Shown: in pieces, positions 56,591 to 64,000 of the stretch
How the letters are laid out: each line of letters opens with the position of its first letter
Position numbering within the stretch: position 1 is the first letter of the stretch
Assembly: GCA_964384235.1 (NCBI GenBank)
Contig: CAYLJX010000001.1
Span: forward strand, 169,110-233,109
From: an uncultured Bdellovibrionales bacterium
GTDB lineage: Bacteria > Patescibacteriota > Minisyncoccia > Moranbacterales > UBA1568
DNA: 64,000 bases
Reading direction: 5' to 3'
Program-made: the position numbers and the translations under genes
Notes under the pieces: model-generated
Databases searched by the model: none
What the model was told of the DNA's origin: nothing
Seen by the model: only the letters and a program-made list of their open reading frames with translations

Positions 56591-56614
56591 ATATTAAATA
56601 CTGAGTAAGAAAAT

Positions 56615-56890
56615 ATGGAACGAACCCACAAGGAAAAGGTGGCCATCGCCATCAAGAAAGCCGAGAGTCACCTCTCAAAAGTCCGTTCATTGATCGAGGA
56701 AGACGCGTCCTGTTTCGCGATCATGCAGCAGAACCTGGCTGCCATAGGTCTCCTGAAGTCGGTCAATCTCCTTATGTTGGAGGGGCATATCGACCGTGAG
56801 ATAGGCAGGCATGGTGGCCCGGCGTCGAAACAGCTGCAGTCCCTGAAAACGGAGATCCTCAAGGTCGTGAAGACTTCGCAGAACAAGTAA
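56615..56890 (+). CDS. CsoR/RcnR/FrmR-family repressor
   Basis: 91 aa, helical; C..I.QQ..A..G.L......LEGH. Confidence 0.85.
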   Translation: MERTHKEKVAIAIKKAESHLSKVRSLIEEDASCFAIMQQNLAAIGLLKSVNLLMLEGHIDREIGRHGGPASKQLQSLKTEILKVVKTSQNK

Positions 56891-56916
56891 AGGGTAAATA
56901 TTTTCGTCTGAATCGT

Positions 56917-58071
56917 ATGAAGAAGCGCTTTTTTGTCATGGTCGGAATCCTGTTTTTGGTACTTGGCGGAGGTGCGGTCATCGCGCGCTCCGGCAGTGCC
57001 GAAAACGAAGACGTGAAACCGAAAAAGACGGTCAAGGCGGTTCCTGTCTCCCCTGCCCCGTTCCGGTCCGAAGAGACGTTCTCCGGTTTTGTCCGTGGCG
57101 CGAGACAGTCCGTCGTCTCGGCGAAGACAAGCGGATATATTACAAGGCTCCTGAAGGAAGAAGGTGATACGGTCCGTCGGGGAGAAACCATTGCCGTCAT
57201 CGACGGGAGCGATCTCGCGGCTGCTGAAGCGAGCGCGATTGCGGTCTTCGAGTCTGTCAGGGAAACCTCGAAAGAAACGAAGCGCTACTATGAACAAAAA
57301 ATCGAAGAAGCCGAGGCGGCGCTTGAAAGGGCGCGCGATGAGCACGAGGACGGAAACGCGTCGGAAAAGGAGGTCGATCTCGCCGAAGAATCCCTGAAAA
57401 GCGCCAAGCGGCTGCGTGACGCGCAGGTCGCCTCCGCGAAGGCGGAAGAAACAACCGCGAAGGGCGTGGCAGCGATTGCCCGGGAAAACGCAGGCAACAT
57501 CGCGATCAAGGCGCCGTTCGACGGGGTGATCGCTGAGAAGCGGGCTTCTCTCGGGAGTTTTCTTTTCCCTGGTTCGGCTGTCTATGTGGTCGCTTCGGAA
57601 GAGGCGCTCGAAGTGGCTGTGTCGCTTCCCGGCAGTGTCGCCGATGGCGTCGCGAACGGATCCAGGGTCAAGGTATCTTCGGATGGTCTGGGAGATATCG
57701 AAGGACATGTCTTTTCCTTGTCTCAGACAGTCGGAGAGACACAGCGATCGCGTGTGCGTATCCGGTTCGTATCGGATACCGCGAAAGCGCTTCGCCTCGG
57801 TGAACACGTGTCCGTAGTCTTTCCTTACGGTGATGCGCGACAAACGATCTTTATTCCCCAGGAAGCGATCATCAGGACATATGACGACGCGTTCGTATTC
57901 GTCATACGGGACGGACGATCGAAGAAGACAGCCGTCACGCTCGGTGAAAACGTGGACGGCAGACAAGAGATCCTTTCCGGTCTTTCCGAAGGTACGCATG
58001 TCGTCGTCGAGGGCGGACATGGTCTCGACGATGACGAGGAAATAGAAGAACGCTATGAAGAATCACGATAA
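56917..58071 (+). CDS. RND efflux adaptor (membrane fusion protein)
   Basis: Lipoyl halves VSAKTSG..EGD.V..G and IKAPFDGVI; GLSEG. Confidence 0.9.
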   Translation: MKKRFFVMVGILFLVLGGGAVIARSGSAENEDVKPKKTVKAVPVSPAPFRSEETFSGFVRGARQSVVSAKTSGYITRLLKEEGDTVRRGETIAVIDGSDLAAAEASAIAVFESVRETSKETKRYYEQKIEEAEAALERARDEHEDGNASEKEVDLAEESLKSAKRLRDAQVASAKAEETTAKGVAAIARENAGNIAIKAPFDGVIAEKRASLGSFLFPGSAVYVVASEEALEVAVSLPGSVADGVANGSRVKVSSDGLGDIEGHVFSLSQTVGETQRSRVRIRFVSDTAKALRLGEHVSVVFPYGDARQTIFIPQEAIIRTYDDAFVFVIRDGRSKKTAVTLGENVDGRQEILSGLSEGTHVVVEGGHGLDDDEEIEERYEESR

Positions 58072-61000
58072 GGATACGTCAAATCAGGTGTCGCTCGGTC
58101 TTGCGGGAAAAATCACCCGGGTATTTCTCGTCAACAAGGAGCTCTCGATCCTCTCGATCATCGTGCTCTTCGTCTGGGGCGCGGTCTCGTTTTGGCTTAT
58201 GCCGAAACAGTACAACCCGGAGATCGTCGCTCCGGCCTTCACGATCTCGACGGAATTTCCCGGCGCTTCCGCGGAAGAGGCGTATGAGCTTGTCACTCGT
58301 CCTCTCGAAGACATGATTTCCGAGCTTCCAGGCATCGATGAGATAACGTCGGAAAGTCATCCGGGCGGACGAAGCGTCGTCACGGTCAAATTTCTTGTCG
58401 GATCTGACAGGGAAGATGCGAAAACCACGCTCAATCAGAAACTCCGGGACAATATCGGTCTCAAGCCGGCGGGTGCCGCTGAGCCGACAGTGCAGTCTGT
58501 CGATCCGGATGACGTGCCGATACTCGATATCGGACTCTCGTCGGAAACGCTTTCCGAGAGCTCGCTTCGCAAGCTTGCCTTCGATGTCGCTGACGAGCTG
58601 AAGCGTTCCGAAGGCGTGTCGAAATTCGAGATCAAGGGTGGACGCACCAATCATCTTCAGGTCGAGCTTGACGCGAACAGGCTCTCGGCGCTCGATATGA
58701 CGATCGGAGAGGTGACGCGTGCCATTACCGGACAAAACGACGTCTTCACGTACGACTCGCTGCAAGGCGACGGACGCGACCCTGTCGTGAACATCGTCGG
58801 AAGCGTCCGGGATCGGAAGGAACTTTCGCGGCTTATCATACGAAAAGAAGGTGATATGGCGGTGCGTCTCGGTGACGTGGCGGCCGTCTCGTACGGACCG
58901 GGCGAGATCACTGATTACGTCCGGATAAGGAATCGCGGATCCGTATCCGGACCGGTCGTCCACATCGCGTTCTCGAAACTCAAAGGCACGAATTCGACCG
59001 CGGTCTCGACGGCTGTTCTCGAAAAGCTGGAGGTTCTGAAGGAAGGACTCATCCCGAGCGATGTGACCGTGACGGTCTTGAGCGACGAAGGCAAGACGGC
59101 ACAAGACGAGATCGGCAAGCTTACCTTTGATCTGGTGAAATCGATCGTCATCGTGGGCATCCTCCTGTACGTCTTCCTCGGCGCCAAGAATTCGCTCATT
59201 GCGGCCATATCGATCCCGCTCGTGCTCTTGGCCGTGTTCGGCATGGGACTTCTGGCCGGTGAGACGGTGAACCGCATCACGCTCTTCGCGCTCATTCTCT
59301 CCCTCGGGCTTCTTGTCGATGACGCAATCGTCGTCGTGGAGAACATCGCCCGGTATTTTCGTCTCTATCCCGAAGAAAAGAAGACTGTCCTCATCGTTCG
59401 GGCGGTGGACGAGGTCGGCGGGGCGCTTTCGCTTTCGACCATGACCATGGCGCTGGCGTTTCTTCCTATGGCGTTCGTGACCGGGATGATGGGCCCGTAC
59501 ATGGGACCGATCCCCTTCTTTGTGCCGGCCGCGCTTTTCGCCTCGCTTCTTTTTGCCGTCACTATCAATCCCTTTCTCGCCTCCTTGCTCGTATCCGGCA
59601 AGAAGAGCGATGATGCTTCTTTGGAACGTTCGTATGAGTCGGGAATCTTTTTCCGCATATCGAAACGTGTCGAGACCCGATACGCGGGATATCTTTCCGG
59701 TCTTCTCGCTGACAAGAAGAAGCGCCGGCTGTTTCTCTCCGGCGTCCTTGTGATGCTTGTTTTTTCTCTTGTCCTGCCGATGACGCCGCTCGTCCCATTT
59801 CGTATGCTCCCCAAGGCCGACAAGGACCAGTTCTACGTCTATCTCGATATGCCGGCCGGATCGAGTCTTGGAAAGACCGCTTCAGCCGCCACGGCGCTTG
59901 AGGAAGCGATACTTCGCATGGCTGAGATCGAGTCGGTCGAAAGTTTCGTCGGCGAGTCGCAGGTCATCGATTTCAACGGACTTTTCAAAGGAAGCGCGGC
60001 ACGTACGTACGGGCATCAGGCGACGCTCAAGGCACATCTCACGCCTCATACGGAACGCGATGAGGTTTCCGAAGCGATCGTCGCCCGTCTTCGCGGCGAG
60101 CTTGACGGGTACCTGCAAGAGTATCCCGACGCGACGATTCGCCTCATAGAGGATCCGCCCGGACCCCCGGTGCTCTCAACGTTTCTTCTCAAGGTAAAAG
60201 GGAAAGACGACGTCATGCGGGAACGGATCGCCCAGGATTTTGAAGCAATGATGGGGAGCATCGAGGGCATCGTCGATATCAAGACGACATTACCCGAACG
60301 TGGTCTGGATCTCACGTACCGGGTGGATCGGGACAAGGCAGCAATGCTCGGCATCGCGCCGAGAGATATTGTCTCGACGATCCATACCGCCCTTTCCGGT
60401 TCGACCGTCGGGCTGTATCACGGATCGACCCGGGAGGATATCCGCAAGGCCGAAGCAGAACACGTTGTGGTACGGTTCAGGCAAGAAGACCGAAACGGCG
60501 AAGGCGACCTGTCACGGATCCTGCTTTCCGGCAAGGACGGCACCAGTACCCCACTTTCCGAAGTGATCGTCAAAACGGATGGAGCGGTCGAACCGGCGAT
60601 CCTCTCCGATGGACGCGAGCGCACCACGTATCTCTCGGGTGAGATGGAGGGACGAAGCGTCGTGTATGCCGCTATCGATATCTTTCCGTGGCTGTTCTCA
60701 TACGCGCTGCCTGACGGCACGGGGAAGCTTGTTTCCTGGTCGCCTTTCGGAATGACCTATGAGGACCAGACGACGCACGAACGCTATTCGGTCGGGATCG
60801 GCGGCGAGTGGGAGCTCACCCTCGAGGTGTTCCGTGACCTGGGGATCGCCATGGGACTAGCGATGTTCCTTATCTACTTCGTCCTTGCGGCCAAGACGGA
60901 ATCGCTCTTCGTTCCCCTGCTTATCATGGTCAGTATCCCGCTCTCGCTTATCGGAGTACTTCCGGGTTTCGCTGTCCTGTACGCGCTGAAAGGCACGTAC

Positions 61001-61342
61001 TTCAATGCCACCTCGATGATCGGGGTGATCGCCCTCTCCGGACTTGCGGTCAAGAACGCGGTCATCTATCTCGAATACCTCGAACCGTTGAAACGGGCCG
61101 GCAAACCGATCGAGGAAGCGTTGATCGAGACCGGCCGTATCCGGCTTCTTCCGATCGTTCTTACCTCTCTCGCGGCCATCTTCGGGTCGCTGACCATCGT
61201 GAGTGATCCGGTCTGGGAAGGACTCGCCTGGTCGATCATCTTCGGTCTCGCCGCATCGACGTTTCTGACGCTCATCGTCTTCCCGCTTGCCTACTACCTA
61301 TCCGAACGAAAATCCTGGACTGACAAGAGTCGTCATACGTGA
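58055..61342 (+). CDS. RND efflux permease (AcrB/AcrD/AcrF family)
   Basis: GLLVDDAIVVVENI; R.LPIVLTS; 12-TM architecture. Confidence 0.95.
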   Translation: MKNHDKDTSNQVSLGLAGKITRVFLVNKELSILSIIVLFVWGAVSFWLMPKQYNPEIVAPAFTISTEFPGASAEEAYELVTRPLEDMISELPGIDEITSESHPGGRSVVTVKFLVGSDREDAKTTLNQKLRDNIGLKPAGAAEPTVQSVDPDDVPILDIGLSSETLSESSLRKLAFDVADELKRSEGVSKFEIKGGRTNHLQVELDANRLSALDMTIGEVTRAITGQNDVFTYDSLQGDGRDPVVNIVGSVRDRKELSRLIIRKEGDMAVRLGDVAAVSYGPGEITDYVRIRNRGSVSGPVVHIAFSKLKGTNSTAVSTAVLEKLEVLKEGLIPSDVTVTVLSDEGKTAQDEIGKLTFDLVKSIVIVGILLYVFLGAKNSLIAAISIPLVLLAVFGMGLLAGETVNRITLFALILSLGLLVDDAIVVVENIARYFRLYPEEKKTVLIVRAVDEVGGALSLSTMTMALAFLPMAFVTGMMGPYMGPIPFFVPAALFASLLFAVTINPFLASLLVSGKKSDDASLERSYESGIFFRISKRVETRYAGYLSGLLADKKKRRLFLSGVLVMLVFSLVLPMTPLVPFRMLPKADKDQFYVYLDMPAGSSLGKTASAATALEEAILRMAEIESVESFVGESQVIDFNGLFKGSAARTYGHQATLKAHLTPHTERDEVSEAIVARLRGELDGYLQEYPDATIRLIEDPPGPPVLSTFLLKVKGKDDVMRERIAQDFEAMMGSIEGIVDIKTTLPERGLDLTYRVDRDKAAMLGIAPRDIVSTIHTALSGSTVGLYHGSTREDIRKAEAEHVVVRFRQEDRNGEGDLSRILLSGKDGTSTPLSEVIVKTDGAVEPAILSDGRERTTYLSGEMEGRSVVYAAIDIFPWLFSYALPDGTGKLVSWSPFGMTYEDQTTHERYSVGIGGEWELTLEVFRDLGIAMGLAMFLIYFVLAAKTESLFVPLLIMVSIPLSLIGVLPGFAVLYALKGTYFNATSMIGVIALSGLAVKNAVIYLEYLEPLKRAGKPIEEALIETGRIRLLPIVLTSLAAIFGSLTIVSDPVWEGLAWSIIFGLAASTFLTLIVFPLAYYLSERKSWTDKSRHT

Positions 61343-61361
61343 TCCTCTGGTCAAGCAAAAG

Positions 61362-61388
61362 AAAAATCCGGCCTGATGCCGGATTTTG
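61362..61388. terminator. Bidirectional terminator
   Basis: AAAATCCGGC-CTGAT-GCCGGATTTT between convergent genes. Confidence 0.75.
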
Positions 61389-61404
61389 TCTCAATAAAGA
61401 GGAA

Positions 61405-62424
61405 TTACTCCGCGAGTTCCTTGTCGATCGCGGCTTTGAGCTCGTCTTGGCTGACCGCGCCGGAGAGGAGCGTGTCGTTGACGAAAGTGACCGGTGTGCC
61501 GGAGAGCATGAACGACGCGGCCTCGTTCTTGTCGGCGTTCACTTTCTCCTGATACTTCTTTTCGTCGAGACACTGCGAGAATTTCCGTCCGTCGAGGCGG
61601 AGCATCCAGGCGTAGTTCTTGAACTTCTGCGTGCCGACGGAGTTTCCCCAGTCGTTCTGTCGTCCGAAGAGGGCCGCGGCATACGTCTCGAATTTCCCCT
61701 GCTCGTTGGCACATTCGGAAGCGAGCGCGGCGTTTTCCGCCTGCTTGTTGGAAGCGAGAGGGAACTGTTTGAAGACGAAGAGTACTTTTCCTTCGTACTC
61801 CTTGAGCACCTTGGTGAGGGTCTGCTGATAGGTCTTGCAGTGGGCGCACTGGAAATCGGAGAAGACCGTGAGAGTCACTGCAGCGTCCTTGGGTCCGATG
61901 GTGATGGAATCACTCTCCACTTTCGGGAGTTGGAGATACTTGCCGGCGGTCAGACCGATCTTGGTCATGTCGAGGAAGTAGCGCCCGGATTCCTCCCGGA
62001 AGAGGCTCTGTGCCTGAGCGTAGAAATCCGTTTCCGTGATGCTCTTGGAAAAGACGAAGGCCGGGACGGTCACGATCTGGAAGCGGTTGATGAGGGCCTG
62101 GCCGAGATCGGAGTCGCTCTCTACGCTTACGGCCTCGATGGTCGGAACGATACGGCGAAGCCACACCAGTGCCTCGTTGGGATCGCACTGCTCGCAATCG
62201 GAATCGTTCACGACTTGGAGCGTCACTTTGGGGTCATCGTACGCGACCCACGTCTTGCCGGCAGTTTCCAGAAGGTTGTGTTCCTTCACTGCTTTCCCGG
62301 AGAATCCCTGTCCCGTGGCGAGCTGGACGAAATCGACGAAGAGACTGCCGACAAACAGCCCGACAAGGAGGATGACGAGCGCGGAGAGGTTCTTGGCTTT
62401 CTGGTGTTCGGAAGCGGTTTTCAT
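61405..62424 (-). CDS. DsbA/BdbD-like thioredoxin-fold protein
   Basis: FSDFQCAHC, GTP; additional CEQC; N-terminal TM. Confidence 0.88.
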   Translation of the reverse strand: MKTASEHQKAKNLSALVILLVGLFVGSLFVDFVQLATGQGFSGKAVKEHNLLETAGKTWVAYDDPKVTLQVVNDSDCEQCDPNEALVWLRRIVPTIEAVSVESDSDLGQALINRFQIVTVPAFVFSKSITETDFYAQAQSLFREESGRYFLDMTKIGLTAGKYLQLPKVESDSITIGPKDAAVTLTVFSDFQCAHCKTYQQTLTKVLKEYEGKVLFVFKQFPLASNKQAENAALASECANEQGKFETYAAALFGRQNDWGNSVGTQKFKNYAWMLRLDGRKFSQCLDEKKYQEKVNADKNEAASFMLSGTPVTFVNDTLLSGAVSQDELKAAIDKELAE

Positions 62425-62437
62425 AGGGTTGTTGTGG

Positions 62438-62785
62438 TTATTGAGCGCTTGGACTTTTGTCCGTGCAGAGGGGTGCCGTGGGAGGATTCGGCGAGACGGC
62501 GAGCGACCCGCCCTTCGCGAGGATGTCACTCTGGACCTGGTTGAAATCGACGAGGGTCCGGGAATCGGCGAGACGATAGTCCTCGAAGCCGATAGTCAGG
62601 ACGTTGTGGAGGGAAACCTTGAAAGCGATGCCCACGAAGAAGCCGAGGAAAAACAGAAGCGCGATGTCCCTCAGGGTGAAATCGCGCTCCATGAAGCGAA
62701 AAAAGACGTTTTTGGTTTCAAGAAAAAGGCTCCGGAGCCGTTCGGATAGGGTTTCGTGGGAGGAAGACGGAATACCTGTTTCCAT
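62438..62785 (-). CDS. Hypothetical membrane protein
   Basis: One TM segment; operon position; CTATG start context. Confidence 0.55.
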   Translation of the reverse strand: METGIPSSSHETLSERLRSLFLETKNVFFRFMERDFTLRDIALLFFLGFFVGIAFKVSLHNVLTIGFEDYRLADSRTLVDFNQVQSDILAKGGSLAVSPNPPTAPLCTDKSPSAQ

Positions 62786-62873
62786 AGTTGAAACCGGACT
62801 TCCCCTCCCGGAAGCACCTTAAAAAGTCGATACGCTACCGTACCACAGAGCCGGATTTTGCACAAGGTGCCGT

Positions 62874-63212
62874 CTAGAGCTTCTCGATGTTATCCAAAAC
62901 GTCGTCGAGGTCGTCGAGGCTGCGGGAACCGAGGCCGTCGGCTTTGCAGGAAGGATTGTCGAGCTCGGCGCGGACCCGCTCCACGGCCGAGAACGGTCGC
63001 ATGCCGGTGACGATGTTGTCATTGATCGCGATGTTGGGTCCTTGCTTGCAGTTTCCCAGACAGCGCGGCGATTCCATGATAATCGCTTCCTCAGATGTGA
63101 GACCTTCCTGAAGCGCGCGATACACCGCTCCCGCTCCTTTGTCGCGGCAGTTCGGAAAGAGACAGACCTTGATGGTCGCTCTGGAAGGAGTTTTTTCGTC
63201 TTCGTGATCCAT
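62874..63212 (-). CDS. Thioredoxin-like (2Fe-2S) ferredoxin domain protein
   Basis: C-x4-C ... CLGNC..GPN. Confidence 0.8.
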   Translation of the reverse strand: MDHEDEKTPSRATIKVCLFPNCRDKGAGAVYRALQEGLTSEEAIIMESPRCLGNCKQGPNIAINDNIVTGMRPFSAVERVRAELDNPSCKADGLGSRSLDDLDDVLDNIEKL

Positions 63213-63241
63213 CGTGTTCTGCAGCGGGGGCCGGTTTTTTT

Positions 63242-64000
63242 TTACGTGGTTTTGGGTGTGTCGGTTTGTGGTGAGGCAGGAGCATCGTTCGCGGGCGTTT
63301 TATACGGAGTTGTTTCTGGTGATGTCGTGGTGTCGCTTGTAGATGTATCGGTCGGTACTGTCTCGGAAGCGATCACCGGTGCAGCAACCACTTTCTCTTT
63401 CCCAGTGTTTACGAGCGTCATGAAGAGAAGAATGACGGTGAAGAGAAACGAGACATCCGGAACGACAGAAAAAGAAGTGAGCGTGCTATAGAGAAGCGGC
63501 ACGGTGAGGAGGTAGAGACCGGCCTTGTAGGAGGTGCCATAGCCCCAGTCGGCGCCGCGGATTTTGGCGGCGAGCCAGACGACGAGTGCGCCGAAGAGGA
63601 GATAAAGGGCGTTTCCAATGGCCAATCCGAAGAAGAGGAAGACAGGGATGAGGAAGAGGAGGACGACACCGAAACCCATGAGGAATTTCTCCAGTGCCCC
63701 GATCCACTCGGTGTACTGCGCCTTGTCCACGGTAAACGGAGTCTCAAAAGCTCCGCGCAGGTCCTGGATCTGAATCTTCCCCTTTTCCTCGTCGAGGATA
63801 CCGATGCTGTCCGCGCTCAGGATGATGTTGGTGTTGTACGTGTAGAAGTCCTCGACGTCGATCGGCTTTTCCGTGTCGATGACGAGAAGGTTCCGCTGAT
63901 ACTCCCCCATATAATTCGTCGCGTCTTCCTCGTAGCTCGTCCCTTCCACTCCTTCCGGTATCGGGATGACATACGGACTCTCCATGTTCATCGAGAGCTC
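63242..64000 (-). CDS. DUF1189-like membrane protein (5' end probably beyond the window)
   Basis: Multiple TM segments, Y..SYKAGLY..T.P; T/P-rich tail. Confidence 0.6.
   Translation of the reverse strand, partial: ELSMNMESPYVIPIPEGVEGTSYEEDATNYMGEYQRNLLVIDTEKPIDVEDFYTYNTNIILSADSIGILDEEKGKIQIQDLRGAFETPFTVDKAQYTEWIGALEKFLMGFGVVLLFLIPVFLFFGLAIGNALYLLFGALVVWLAAKIRGADWGYGTSYKAGLYLLTVPLLYSTLTSFSVVPDVSFLFTVILLFMTLVNTGKEKVVAAPVIASETVPTDTSTSDTTTSPETTPYKTPANDAPASPQTDTPKTT

Noticed and set aside
1-64000. Alternative genetic code (UGA=Gly)
   Set aside because: Conserved genes such as mrdA, serS, ftsW and murB end at TGA at expected lengths, and prfB is present.

Overview
64 kb of a GC-rich bacterial chromosome using genetic code 11. 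Gene content (compact housekeeping set, ADP-forming acetate-CoA ligase, DUF4012, core genes without Shine-Dalgarno sites) suggests a CPR/Patescibacteria (Parcubacteria-like) genome; this is an inference. Core genes: mrdA, greA, lysS, serS, frr, rseP, trmD, ftsW-murG-murC-murB, priA-def-fmt, gltX, prfB (+1 frameshift), ftsE-ftsX and four tRNAs (Val, Lys, Gln, Thr). Accessory content: an interrupted surface-polysaccharide locus, a lipoprotein/LysM-beta-barrel islet, a TasA-like/SipW operon, two GGDEF genes, FIST-PAS, an HD-domain gene and a CsoR-RND module. A palindromic dif-like site lies at 44874. The strongest unexplained signal is non-coding: three families of 140-210 nt structured intergenic elements with covarying stems. 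Family C lies downstream of tRNA-Lys and tRNA-Gln, and each copy has termini matched to the 3' end of its own neighbouring tRNA. Also seen: a candidate Ser-codon uORF/helix switch on serS, an orphan sRNA with a consensus promoter, and heptamer or hairpin repeats inserted in frame in housekeeping genes. All analysis was by eye; no database searches were run.
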